From Candidatus Moraniibacteriota bacterium (GTDB lineage: Bacteria > Patescibacteriota > Minisyncoccia > CAIUEV01 > JAHKAQ01), in the NCBI GenBank assembly GCA_014729795.1, contig WJJI01000014.1, positions 757-64,756 on the forward strand: a stretch of 64,000 bases of DNA, read 5' to 3'. This document shows positions 29,260-38,855 of this stretch, piece by piece. Below the pieces are notes generated by a model. The model saw only the letters and a program-made list of their open reading frames with translations. It was not told where the DNA came from and did no database searches. The position numbers were made by a program, and so were the translations under genes. The first letter of the stretch is position 1. Each line of letters begins with the position of its first letter.

Positions 29260-29876
29260 TCGCCTACTTTACCATAATTAGCGTTAGCTTTTGTTACGTC
29301 CATAGAGTTAACTTGATGATTTTCATCAACATCGGCTCTGTTGTCGGAAACTCCTGAGTCAATCACACCCCATTGTGATTGAATATAGGAAATGTCTAAA
29401 GAGTTAACCATATTATCGCCGGTTCCATAAGCATCACCAACCAGTAGGGGATTGGTCCCGGCATCGGTAAAGTCAATGTTGTTTAGTCCGCTTACCAGAG
29501 TCACGGTCTTCTTTAATTTTAAATGGGAATAACCATTGACTGCTACATCATAAGTGCCCGGGGTTATACCTGTTAATGGCAAGGCTGAGCTATAAATTCC
29601 ATTATTATCGGTATCAATAGGACCGAATGTGTCTATAGGAGTAGTGCTGCCTACGTTTCTGACTTCAATATAGGCTTGAGTTGAATTGTTGCCGGTTAAA
29701 GGCACTCGTTTTTCCGGAATAGCGGTAAAGTTAATGGTAACGTTAGCTAACACCTCCGCGGTTATAGTAACGGTTTCATCAAGTGGATTTGCTTTGGTTT
29801 GATTATAAACAAAAAAAGCCATGAAAATGGTAAAAATCAAAAAAAGAGTTAAAAATAATATTTTTATTTTTTTCAT
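29256..29876 (-). CDS. Secreted protein with an N-terminal Ig-like/CarboxypepD_reg-like domain and a C-terminal dockerin-like repeat
   Basis: Signal peptide. C-terminal LDISYIQSQWG…DNRADVDENHQVNSMDVTKANANYG fits the dockerin calcium-binding repeat pattern (D-x-N/D-x-D-x-x-V-N-x-x-D). Confidence 0.4.
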   Translation of the reverse strand: MKKIKILFLTLFLIFTIFMAFFVYNQTKANPLDETVTITAEVLANVTINFTAIPEKRVPLTGNNSTQAYIEVRNVGSTTPIDTFGPIDTDNNGIYSSALPLTGITPGTYDVAVNGYSHLKLKKTVTLVSGLNNIDFTDAGTNPLLVGDAYGTGDNMVNSLDISYIQSQWGVIDSGVSDNRADVDENHQVNSMDVTKANANYGKVGD

Positions 29877-30040
29877 TTGTGTGGTTAAATTATCAGCAAC
29901 TACAACCAGCCCCCAAGGCCATCTGTTTATTTAATAATATTATAATTTATTTTATAATTATTGTCCAAATCCATAGGCCTGTTCCTAAAAACAATTATCG
30001 GTTATAATGCAAACAATCATTAAGCCAACAAACAAAAAAA

Positions 30041-31597
30041 ATGCAAACGCTATCCAATACTACAATTTATTTGATTTTATCGGTAATACTAGGCTTTTCT
30101 TTGTTTTTGCCAAAAACCAGCCAAGCGGCTGAAATTGGCAACGCCAGCGATAAAATGACAAGTCAACATGGCAATCATGCCTCCGGAGCAATTAGTGTTG
30201 GAACTCAGTGGGACCTAACTGATGGTTTGGCCGCCCTTGCCAATACCGATTATTTAATTATTCATGATGGAGACAGCCCAGCCGGCACGACTGATTCGCT
30301 TTGTGTTTGGTTTGATGTCAGCGGTTCAGACGCGGCGCCGGCAGCCTGTGTTTCCGGTTCGGATCAGCAAGCAGAAGCAACCCTCAATGGCCTAGCCAAC
30401 AACGGAGAAGCTGCCGCTTCCATAGAAGCGGCCATCAATAGCGCTAATCCTGAATTTCATGTCACCGCTGAGATCCACACTCTTAACGATAACCGCGTGC
30501 AGTTAACCAATGATCAAGCGGGCGCGAATGGCAACGTTACCATTACCGAGGTTATTGATAGCCAAGATATTGTCATTCAAGGCTTGGATGGCGGAGGTTC
30601 CAGGGCCGATCATGATATCCGGTTTTCAACGCCCTCGGGAGTAGACTCTCCCGCGGATAATATTGTTATCGCTTTTCCAACAGGCTGGGACCTTTCAAGC
30701 TTAACCGCAGCTGATGTTGCTTTGGCTCAAGGCGATTTAGGTGATTGTAATAATCCTAGCATTGTTTTTAATGATAAAATTTTGCAATCCGGAGCTCCTG
30801 GGGCAGGAATTTGGGGGGTTTCGTTTTCAGGGCAACGAATCACCCTCTCCGCTCCCATAGACACGTCAACCGGAGAAATTATCACGGGTAGATGTGTTCA
30901 AATTAGAATTGGACTCAATGCCGGCGGAGCGGCCCAAATCGTTAACGCTAACGCTCAAGGCCCGGCTGGAGCCGACCAAGGTGATAGTGAATTAATTAAT
31001 ATAGGCGGCACCTTTGGCGATAAAGGCAATATCGCGGTCGCCCTTACCAACCGAGATATTATTTTTATTCAGGGTCGAGTAGAGCCAATTTTTAACTTTG
31101 ATGTTTTGCAAAATTTATGCGATTTAGGAGTTCTTGACGTGGCTTCTACTAAAACTTGTTCGGTAATATTTAATGTGGATACTAATGCGGGTAGCGGAGT
31201 CTCGGTTGAATATTCAGCGCCCAACTTATTAACCAATGGCGCCAGTCAGGAAATTGATCCAATCTCCAACGGCGACGGCAACGAAACTCCAGCCAACCCC
31301 GGAACCGAACAGTTTGGCATGAGAGCCTATGTATCCAACACTCCTGTCAATCCGATTTCGATTAACGATGGAGCGGCAACCGGAGACTATAACGGCGCCG
31401 GCTATGCCATGTATGTTAGCGGTGGAGCAGCTTACGTGCCGGACACAGCTCAAGATATGGCCGATATCTTAGCGACCAGCGTTGGTGGAATTGACAACAA
31501 TGAAGTCACTATTGAATTTATGGCTGACATTCAACCCTTAACTCCGGCTGGTGTTTACACAACAGATTACACTATAATTGCGACCGCGACTTATTAA
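30041..31597 (+). CDS. Secreted Gly/Ala/Asp/Thr-rich surface protein (hypothetical; possibly S-layer-like)
   Basis: Signal peptide (…KTSQAAEI). Low hydrophobicity and beta-rich composition. No catalytic motif. Confidence 0.45.
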   Translation: MQTLSNTTIYLILSVILGFSLFLPKTSQAAEIGNASDKMTSQHGNHASGAISVGTQWDLTDGLAALANTDYLIIHDGDSPAGTTDSLCVWFDVSGSDAAPAACVSGSDQQAEATLNGLANNGEAAASIEAAINSANPEFHVTAEIHTLNDNRVQLTNDQAGANGNVTITEVIDSQDIVIQGLDGGGSRADHDIRFSTPSGVDSPADNIVIAFPTGWDLSSLTAADVALAQGDLGDCNNPSIVFNDKILQSGAPGAGIWGVSFSGQRITLSAPIDTSTGEIITGRCVQIRIGLNAGGAAQIVNANAQGPAGADQGDSELINIGGTFGDKGNIAVALTNRDIIFIQGRVEPIFNFDVLQNLCDLGVLDVASTKTCSVIFNVDTNAGSGVSVEYSAPNLLTNGASQEIDPISNGDGNETPANPGTEQFGMRAYVSNTPVNPISINDGAATGDYNGAGYAMYVSGGAAYVPDTAQDMADILATSVGGIDNNEVTIEFMADIQPLTPAGVYTTDYTIIATATY

Positions 31598-31606
31598 ATA
31601 TTTTAG

Positions 31607-32560
31607 ATGATCAACAAAAGCCTGAGCCTATTGTTTTTAGCGGTTTTCATTTGGATTGGATCCGCTACCTTGGTCAAAGCTATCGGATTCACCCCGGTTT
31701 CAGTTGATATCAAAGCGGCTCCGGGACAATCCTACCAAGATTCAATTAAAGTCATTAACAGAAGCGAGAAAGTTATTTATTACCATATAATCCTAAAAGC
31801 TTTTCGCGCCAGTCAAGCCAAGGCTGGCTCGCCAAAATTTTCAGGCAACGAGCTGAGCGATCAAGAAAAAGAGTTTTTAAATTGGATTAAAGTTCAAGAT
31901 CAAGTAATTCAGTTACAACCAAAACAAGTCAAACGAGTTAAATATCAAATTACTGTTCCGGAAGAGGCTCAAGCGGGGGGTTATTATTTTGGAATTTTAT
32001 TTTCAAAAACCGGACAAGATGTTAACAAACAAGCCTTAGGCATGAGAGGCTTAAGCGGCCCGATTTTTTTAATGACTGTAACCGGAAATTTAATTTATGA
32101 TTTTCAATTAAAAGAATTCCGGTTATCGCTTGACCCAGAGCATCAAAACTTAACCTGCTCGGTAAATCTTGAAAACAAAGGCAATGTTCATGTCAAACCT
32201 CAAGGAAAAATTCAATTTAAACAAAACGGTCTATTTTTAAACAACCAGCAGTTAATTGAAAGCAGAGATTTTAATATTCTATCAGGCGACCACTCCGGCA
32301 GCATTTTACCCAAAACCAATCGAAAATGGGTTTTTGACTTTGCAGTAAAAAGCTTGCCTTTATTTTGGACAAAATATCAATGCCAGCTTGATATTGTTTA
32401 TCAAGATATCCACATCAATCAAAAACGCGATACTACCTATATTAATTGGCGATCCATCATCGCTATTTTAACAATAATCGCAATTCTTTCTCTGGTAATC
32501 CTGACCATTAAATGGCTAGCAATGATCAAAGCCGGAAAGGAAATCTCATCTCAAAGGTAA
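31607..32560 (+). CDS. Secreted protein with a C-terminal TM anchor (weak DUF916-like cell-surface protein resemblance)
   Basis: Signal peptide, FTPVSVDIKAAPGQSYQDSIKVIN block, GGYYFGILFS, and a C-terminal TM helix (IIAILTIIAILSLVILTI). Confidence 0.4.
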   Translation: MINKSLSLLFLAVFIWIGSATLVKAIGFTPVSVDIKAAPGQSYQDSIKVINRSEKVIYYHIILKAFRASQAKAGSPKFSGNELSDQEKEFLNWIKVQDQVIQLQPKQVKRVKYQITVPEEAQAGGYYFGILFSKTGQDVNKQALGMRGLSGPIFLMTVTGNLIYDFQLKEFRLSLDPEHQNLTCSVNLENKGNVHVKPQGKIQFKQNGLFLNNQQLIESRDFNILSGDHSGSILPKTNRKWVFDFAVKSLPLFWTKYQCQLDIVYQDIHINQKRDTTYINWRSIIAILTIIAILSLVILTIKWLAMIKAGKEISSQR

Positions 32561-32668
32561 AATAATTAAAACCCTTGATTTATTTTTAGTTTTATTGTAT
32601 TATCAGTTATCAATTTAAAAAAAAATCATTAATCAAATTAATCAATAAGAGATTTATATTATTTAAAC

Positions 32669-33694
32669 ATGAACAAGCTTAATTTTTGGCAAAAACAGCC
32701 TGAAGGTTCGTCAAAAAACGCGCTTTTCAATGCTGATGATTTAAATATCAGCCCACAAGCTTTTCAAAAAGCCGAGCAAGAAGCTAGAAAAAAAAGAAAA
32801 AAACGAGGACTAATCAAAACCTCTGTTAGATGGCTACTTGCTATTGTTATTATGGGGATTTTAATAATGTTTGGCTTTTTTTACTACCAGCAAAATCAAA
32901 AAGCTCAAGCTCTGGATAAGGAGCTTTATCTAAAATCTCGAGATTTCGCGGTTTTTGTTGAATTGGTAAATGATCTGGCCACTGAAAAAACCCCAAAAAC
33001 TAACGGAGAAAGCAAAGATTTATACATCAAAAGAATGGAAAAAGAAAAACAAGATATTGAGCAAACCCTAACCAAGCTCGAAGAAATTAAGAGTAAAGAC
33101 CAAGAAAACCAGTGGTATTATTTAGAATCGCATAGCAAACTAAAAGATTTTTATAATCAAGCCCAGCAACTTTTAACCGAGTATTACCAATTATATACTT
33201 ACGAAATCAAATCTGAGCAACACGCGGTCAATTTGGAAGCGCAAAAAAACAAATTTGAAATTTTACACAAAACAACCGAAAACGTCAACGAACTTAAAGG
33301 ACCAACCGATGAATTTATGCAAGCGGTTGACCAATCTATTCAAGAATTGCAAAAGCTTCAGCCACCGACCGAGCTGCAAGCATATCATAATAAATCCATA
33401 ACTTTTATGGAGTCTTATTCTCTGATTCTGCATCGAATATCTCAAGGGTTAGAAAAGAAAATAAATGGAGCCAACGAATTAGAGTATTTAAAAGCGGTTC
33501 AGGTTTATAATGAATTTGTGGAAGACGGCTCCACCGTTAAAAATCTGGAAAAAATTAGAGAATACTATTACCAAGAAATTCAAGATAAATTCAAAAATTT
33601 ACGAAGACAAGCGGATGAAACCAAAGAACTGCTTATCCGAGAAAGCGAGAAAACAGACGCTGAAATAGCCAGAATTAATATTGAACACTGGTAA
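32669..33694 (+). CDS. Membrane-anchored coiled-coil hypothetical protein
   Basis: One N-terminal TM helix (LLAIVIMGILIMFGFFYY), then a long helical E/K/Q-rich ectodomain. Confidence 0.45.
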   Translation: MNKLNFWQKQPEGSSKNALFNADDLNISPQAFQKAEQEARKKRKKRGLIKTSVRWLLAIVIMGILIMFGFFYYQQNQKAQALDKELYLKSRDFAVFVELVNDLATEKTPKTNGESKDLYIKRMEKEKQDIEQTLTKLEEIKSKDQENQWYYLESHSKLKDFYNQAQQLLTEYYQLYTYEIKSEQHAVNLEAQKNKFEILHKTTENVNELKGPTDEFMQAVDQSIQELQKLQPPTELQAYHNKSITFMESYSLILHRISQGLEKKINGANELEYLKAVQVYNEFVEDGSTVKNLEKIREYYYQEIQDKFKNLRRQADETKELLIRESEKTDAEIARINIEHW

Positions 33695-34598
33695 AATGGC
33701 TGAAGTCAAAGAGGCAAAACCTAAAATTATAGCAGTTGTTGGTCCAACCGCTTGCGGTAAAACTCAACTTGCCGTTAAACTGGCTAAAAAATTTCAAGGA
33801 GAAATTGTCTCGGCCGATTCAAGGCAAATTTATAAAGGCCTGGATATTGGCACCGGCAAAGACTTGGCTCTTTATGGCGACACCCCTTATCATTTAATTG
33901 ATATTGTTAAGCCCACTCGAAAATTTAGCTTAGCGCAATATCAAAAAAAAGCCTATAAGGCTATCAGTACAATTTTAAGCAACAATAAGCTTCCAATTAT
34001 GTGTGGCGGCGCCGGTTTATATGTTAAGGCCGTGGTCCGGGGGTTGCAACTACCTCAAGTCAAGCCGGATCAAAAACTCCGTAAGAAATTGGAAAAAGCT
34101 ACGCCTGAACAAAGAACCGCAATTCTTGAAAAATATCAAGCCGCCGACCAAATTGATTTAAAAAATCCACATCGAGTTATCCGAGCAATAGAAATCTGCA
34201 AAGCAGCCGGAGCAAATTTTTTTAAAACTAAAACACGAAAAAATCCCCAATATCGAACTTTGCAAATAGGCATCAAGTATTCAATTGATCAAATTAGAGC
34301 CAGAATTAAAACAAGAGTTAATCAATGGCTGGAGCAGGGTTTGATTAGCGAAGTCAAACAACTCCATGATCATGGCTTAAGTTTCAAGCGGCTTGAAGAG
34401 CTTGGTTTGGAATATCGATATGTAAGCTATTTTCTTGACAATAAGTTTGATTATCAAACCATGGTTGATAAATTAATTACCGGCACTGGCCAGTATGCCA
34501 AAAAGCAAATTACCTGGTTTAAAAAACAAAAAGGCATTTACTGGATAAAAAGTCCCGACAAGGCTGAAGAGTTAGTCGAGCAATTTTTACAAAAGTAG
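33681..34598 (+). CDS. miaA: tRNA dimethylallyltransferase
   Basis: P-loop IIAVVGPTACGKT and SADSRQIYKGLDIGTGK. Overlaps the upstream ORF by 14 bp. Confidence 0.9.
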   Translation: MNTGKMAEVKEAKPKIIAVVGPTACGKTQLAVKLAKKFQGEIVSADSRQIYKGLDIGTGKDLALYGDTPYHLIDIVKPTRKFSLAQYQKKAYKAISTILSNNKLPIMCGGAGLYVKAVVRGLQLPQVKPDQKLRKKLEKATPEQRTAILEKYQAADQIDLKNPHRVIRAIEICKAAGANFFKTKTRKNPQYRTLQIGIKYSIDQIRARIKTRVNQWLEQGLISEVKQLHDHGLSFKRLEELGLEYRYVSYFLDNKFDYQTMVDKLITGTGQYAKKQITWFKKQKGIYWIKSPDKAEELVEQFLQK

Positions 34599-34617
34599 AA
34601 TAAGCCTTCACTCAAGG

Positions 34618-34691
34618 AGCCAAGAATGGGGTTCGAACCCATGACCTGCGCGTTACGAATGCGCTGCTCTAGCCAGCTGAGCTATCTTGGC
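34618..34691 (-). tRNA. tRNA-Thr(CGU), CCA not encoded
   Basis: The reverse complement folds as a cloverleaf. Acceptor stem GCCAAGA/UCUUGGC. D stem GCUC/GAGC. Anticodon loop UUCGUAA, giving anticodon CGU. T arm AUGGG-UUCGAAC-CCCAU. Discriminator U. Position 31-39 is an A·C mismatch. Confidence 0.8.
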
Positions 34692-34785
34692 CAAAGTATG
34701 AGTAAATAATCAAATCAATTAAAAAACCACGACCAACTGCTTTTTGATATTCAACCAATTCCATTTATAGCTATCAAATTTAAAC

Positions 34786-35616
34786 TTAGTTTTTATTATA
34801 AACAGTCTGTTCATATTCATTTAGATTGGTGTTTTTAAAATAAAGCCGACCCGTTTTTTGATCCCAAATATATTGATCCGGCAATACAATTATCTCGTGT
34901 TTTTTAAGCTCTTGGTTTAACCAACAGTTAAATTCGCATTGGTCAGCGGCTCCCGCCTGTTCAACAATTAAGCCCTGATCAATTAAACTTTGCTTTAAAA
35001 ACTCTCGCTGGACATATTTTTTTACTATTTGATTTTGAAATCGATCAAAGTCCATATCATAAATTTGTTCTAGCTTTTGTTCTGTTTTGATTTGGCCAGA
35101 GTTTAAATTAGCGATTTTTTCGGCCTCAGCTTGAATTTCTTTCCTGGAAGGTTGGTAGTTATACCGTTCTTGATTGATTTTTTCAATAATCTTATCTTCA
35201 ATCATTGTTTTAAGAATATTTTTTTTAGTCACTTGAAAAAAATCAACTCCGGTTTGTCCGCTTAAATCATATTCGGGTATATTTGTGATTACTGATTGTA
35301 AATTATGATAGCGCCGTAAGGTTTCAATTTGATTTTGATAATCCTTGTAGTTAATATTTGTTTTTCTATCAATAATCACTACCGGATAACTAAAAAAGCC
35401 GCTTATGTTTTGAGTAAAAGCATTATTCCAACCCCAGAAATAAATGCCAAAAGCCACAATTAAGTTTAAAATTATAAAACCACCAATTATCAGCATTAAA
35501 AGATTTATCAAGGTAATGGCAGGAAATTTAATTTTTTTTATCCCACCCCAGGTTTTTTCAACATAATTCTTTTTTTTACTCGCTTTTTTAGCGGTTTTAG
35601 TTTTCTTTTTGGTCAT
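34786..35616 (-). CDS. Membrane-anchored hypothetical protein (possible SurA/PrsA-N-domain-like chaperone fold)
   Basis: Lysine-rich N-terminus, one TM helix, and a helical extracytoplasmic domain. No catalytic motif. Confidence 0.4.
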   Translation of the reverse strand: MTKKKTKTAKKASKKKNYVEKTWGGIKKIKFPAITLINLLMLIIGGFIILNLIVAFGIYFWGWNNAFTQNISGFFSYPVVIIDRKTNINYKDYQNQIETLRRYHNLQSVITNIPEYDLSGQTGVDFFQVTKKNILKTMIEDKIIEKINQERYNYQPSRKEIQAEAEKIANLNSGQIKTEQKLEQIYDMDFDRFQNQIVKKYVQREFLKQSLIDQGLIVEQAGAADQCEFNCWLNQELKKHEIIVLPDQYIWDQKTGRLYFKNTNLNEYEQTVYNKN

Positions 35617-35629
35617 ATTCTTGCCTTGA

Positions 35630-36100
35630 TTAATTATTATACCTTGAACTGAAAAAATAATCCCACCATTTAATTGGATTGGGTTTTTGAATTTTTACCG
35701 GTTCTTGATTTTGACTTTTATCGGTCTGGTTTGTTTGCTCCGCTCCTTTCTGTTCTTCGGTCTCTGCTTCTTTTGCCGGCTTTACCTTAACAATCGCTAC
35801 CTTCTCTCCGTTTTTACGAACATTTAATTTTTCTTTGGCTTCTTTTTCAATAAAATTACGAGTTTTAAAATATTCTAACTCGCCGCGTAATTTTTGGTTG
35901 TTTCTTTCAAATTCTTGAGCTTTGGTTTTTTCCTCCTGAACAATTTTTTTAATTTGGTATTTACGGTAAACTACCTTTACCATCCAGTATGACCAAACTG
36001 CTAAAAAGGCAAGTAAAATAAGCATAAAAAATTTATTCCAAAAGTTTCCCTTCCGGGGACTAAGAGATACCGGTTCTTCATTTTCCATGTTTTTGCTCAT
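35630..36100 (-). CDS. Septum formation initiator FtsB/DivIC-like protein
   Basis: Single TM helix, then a coiled coil (…QEFERNNQKLRGELEYFKTRNFIEKEAKEKLNVRKNGEKVAIV), which is the typical FtsB/DivIC pattern. Acidic/Q-rich tail. Confidence 0.55.
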   Translation of the reverse strand: MSKNMENEEPVSLSPRKGNFWNKFFMLILLAFLAVWSYWMVKVVYRKYQIKKIVQEEKTKAQEFERNNQKLRGELEYFKTRNFIEKEAKEKLNVRKNGEKVAIVKVKPAKEAETEEQKGAEQTNQTDKSQNQEPVKIQKPNPIKWWDYFFSSRYNN

Positions 36101-36578
36101 TGGTTCTTTTTTTTAACTTATTCAGATTGGCCATTAGCATTTCCGGATCTCTAATATTGAAGGCCACTATTTTCCCGCCCTCTTTAACGTCAATAACCAA
36201 GGCGCCAAAATTAAAAAAGTTTTGAACAAACCCTTGTTTGAAAGCGGATATGTTAGCGATATCAGAAATTAACACCTCGGTAACCACCCTTTTGGAAAGA
36301 TTGTGTTGGTTTACATCAATAATTTTTTGATCGGTAATTACCAAGCTGATTGCGTACCAAATAATAAATTTATAAACAAGGTAGGCAAAACTAAACATCA
36401 AAATCAACACCAAAATAATGGTTCTAGCAATATGAGCCGGTAAAAAATAATAAATGCTGGCAACCACTCCAAGTAAAACCAAAAGTTGAAAAATCAATCC
36501 GGCCAATGTTAAAAAATGCTGTCTTTCAATTGCCAACAGCTCTTCGTCTTTAAATAAACTAATGGTAAATAATGACAT
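36078..36578 (-). CDS. Bacterial PH-domain (bPH_2/YdbT-like) membrane protein
   Basis: Two TM helices, then a ~90-aa domain with the YdbS/YdbT-like pattern. Overlaps the downstream gene by 23 bp. Confidence 0.45.
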   Translation of the reverse strand: MSLFTISLFKDEELLAIERQHFLTLAGLIFQLLVLLGVVASIYYFLPAHIARTIILVLILMFSFAYLVYKFIIWYAISLVITDQKIIDVNQHNLSKRVVTEVLISDIANISAFKQGFVQNFFNFGALVIDVKEGGKIVAFNIRDPEMLMANLNKLKKRTNEQKHGK

Positions 36579-36661
36579 TAATTATTTTAAATACTATAGC
36601 AAATTATGTTTTATCACTAGGCTTGGCTGCTGTATTGATTTGCTCGCATTTCTTGTTAATT

Positions 36662-36760
36662 TTACCGAAAAAGTGGAATAATAGTAAACACAATCATGCC
36701 AATCAGCAACAAAACCGCGATCATGATCTTAATAGTTTTTAAAATTTTTTTCTTCTTCAT
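36662..36760 (-). CDS. Possible 32-aa hydrophobic micropeptide (MKKKKILKTIKIMIAVLLLIGMIVFTIIPLFR)
   Basis: My own translation of the minus strand. It is below the ORF-track size cut-off. Lys-rich N-terminus followed by one TM helix. Confidence 0.2.
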   Translation of the reverse strand: MKKKKILKTIKIMIAVLLLIGMIVFTIIPLFR

Positions 36761-36954
36761 AGTCAATATTATAATACATTTTTCTCGCAAGAGCTAATTT
36801 TAGTATTAGTAATTAGCTCAAATTTAATTGACCGATAGCGGTTTTTTAAAAAAGAGCCTTTCTCCGCCTATTTTAAAATGTCGATGTTAAAATAAGTACT
36901 TTCCCTTAAAACGACCTTAATCTATTTTGTATTTTAGGGTATTTAGCCTTAACA

Positions 36955-36991
36955 TCAAAAAAACACTCACTACATAGCAAGTGTTTTTTGA
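36955..36991. terminator. Bidirectional rho-independent terminator
   Basis: Stem AACACU/AGUGUU with a 12-nt loop, flanked by an A7 run upstream and a U6 run downstream. It lies about 70 bp 3' of the minus-strand gene at 37064-37570. Confidence 0.45.
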
Positions 36992-37063
36992 TTGTGTTTT
37001 ATTTTTATAAAACCAATGAAATACGTTTTTTTATAAAGCTATTCGTTTTAAGCCAAGCTCCTG

Positions 37064-37570
37064 CTACTTTTTACTCGACTGTTGAGCCGAAGCCTGAGCT
37101 TTACCTTTACCGCTAAAAGCGAAAATCGCTGGAATAATTATGTTGCCCAAGGGCAGGATCACAAATAGCCCCACCCACGTCGGGTAACCCAATTTTTCGC
37201 CCACTTTCATAAAGCAGTAAGCTAAAAGAATAATAGCTCCAATTCCCACAATAAAATTAACAATAGGAATTATTAGGGCCAAAAAACCCAAAGCTATCCA
37301 GGGAGAAAGATTTGCGCCTTTAAGCAAGACCACAAATTGAGCTATCGGGATCCAAGCTATCCAGGGCTTGTCCTGATTTAACTTCTTAGCTATTTTGTAT
37401 AAACAAAAGCTGTAAAATACATATATAACTACAGTAATCATCAGCATGGGAACCATAAAACCAATCGCCCAAGTAATTAAATTCTCGGTAGGTATTTCAC
37501 TCGTACTTGAAAATTCCACCATGGTATCGAAATCGGATTGTGAATCCATTTCGTAAGTATTTTCATTCAT
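37064..37570 (-). CDS. Hypothetical integral membrane protein (4 predicted TM helices)
   Basis: Hydrophobicity pattern only. Confidence 0.45.
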   Translation of the reverse strand: MNENTYEMDSQSDFDTMVEFSSTSEIPTENLITWAIGFMVPMLMITVVIYVFYSFCLYKIAKKLNQDKPWIAWIPIAQFVVLLKGANLSPWIALGFLALIIPIVNFIVGIGAIILLAYCFMKVGEKLGYPTWVGLFVILPLGNIIIPAIFAFSGKGKAQASAQQSSKK

Positions 37571-37871
37571 TATTTTTCACCCCCTTTCTTTATAGATTTA
37601 GATAGCGTTTTAAACCTTAACGCTTTTATAGTAATAAGAAGCTTAGCGCCAACATAAAAAAAAGGATTATTAATCCGTATATTATTTATTGGTTATTCTT
37701 TGACATTTGTTTTTTTGAAAAGCCTCTTATTCTTTCCAATTATTATAATAAAAAGCCAAGATAAGTAAAGAGGGCTTCAAATCTTAAATGCTAATTATTC
37801 TTGCTTCATTCATTCCGATTTTCTGGCATTGTTATTTTTGTCTTATTTTCTTTGAGATCAGCTTGTTCAAG

Positions 37872-38855
37872 CTATTTATCAAAATGTTCCTTTGCTTTAG
37901 CCATGCCAACTTCACAGCGATTATTCCAACCATCAAGAAATTTATGATTTTTTAAAACACAGATTATTTCGCAATTGTTTGGACAACCCTTACATTCAAA
38001 TCCTTGAGTTCTAAATTCTACATCCTGAATTGAAAAATCAAACAATTTTTTTGTACCCTGTTCTTGAGCGATAACCGCTATCCCAAAAGCGCCCATTAGA
38101 TGACCATTTTTATCCACAATTATTTGGCTGTTCAGGCTCTTTTCAAAAGCCTTGACAACTCCGATGTTTTTACTAACTCCGCCTTGGAAAATAATAGGCG
38201 CTAGAATTTTTTTACCCTTACCCACGTTGTTTAAATAGTTATCTACCACCGCGTTGCATAATCCGGCAATAATATCATGCTTAGGGTAACCCATTTGAGC
38301 TTTATGCACCAAGTCGGATTCGGCAAAAACCGTACATCGCCCGGCAATTTTAGCTGGATTTTTGGATTTGAGAGCCAGGGAGCCAAAATCTTTAATATTA
38401 ATTTCCAGGCGTTTTGATTGAGAGGTAAGAAAAGAACCGGTACCCGCAGCGCAAAGCGTGTTCATGGCGTAGTCCGCCACAATGCCTTTATCGATTATAA
38501 TTATTTTACTGTCTTGTCCTCCAATTTCCAAAACGGTTCTAATTTTAGGGTATAGAGTCAAAGCTCCAATTGCGTGCGCGGTAATTTCATTTTTAACAAT
38601 CTCTGCCTGTAGAATAGAGCCAATCAAATTTCTCGCGGATCCTGTCGCTCCAACCCAAGTAATTCTTCCCGGTCTCTCTTGCAATTGCTCCCGAACAGTT
38701 TTTAGGACATTTTTCATGGCCTGAATCGGATCTCCTTGGGTCCAAAGATAAGCCCGGGCTAATATTTTTTTATTTTGATCAATTACCACCGCTTTGGTTG
38801 AAATCGAACCGATATCAACTCCCAAAGAATAATATTGTTTATTTTTTTGTGGCAT
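37872..38855 (-). CDS. BadF/BadG/BcrA/BcrD-type ATPase (2-hydroxyacyl-CoA dehydratase activator, HgdC/YjiL-like)
   Basis: N-terminal YSLGVDIGSISTKAVVID (ASKHA phosphate-1 motif), the CTVFAESDLVHKAQMGYPKHDIIAGLCNAVVDNYLN block, and a C-terminal CxxC pair (CKGCPNNCEIIC), as in [4Fe-4S]-bridging activases. Confidence 0.8.
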   Translation of the reverse strand: MPQKNKQYYSLGVDIGSISTKAVVIDQNKKILARAYLWTQGDPIQAMKNVLKTVREQLQERPGRITWVGATGSARNLIGSILQAEIVKNEITAHAIGALTLYPKIRTVLEIGGQDSKIIIIDKGIVADYAMNTLCAAGTGSFLTSQSKRLEINIKDFGSLALKSKNPAKIAGRCTVFAESDLVHKAQMGYPKHDIIAGLCNAVVDNYLNNVGKGKKILAPIIFQGGVSKNIGVVKAFEKSLNSQIIVDKNGHLMGAFGIAVIAQEQGTKKLFDFSIQDVEFRTQGFECKGCPNNCEIICVLKNHKFLDGWNNRCEVGMAKAKEHFDK

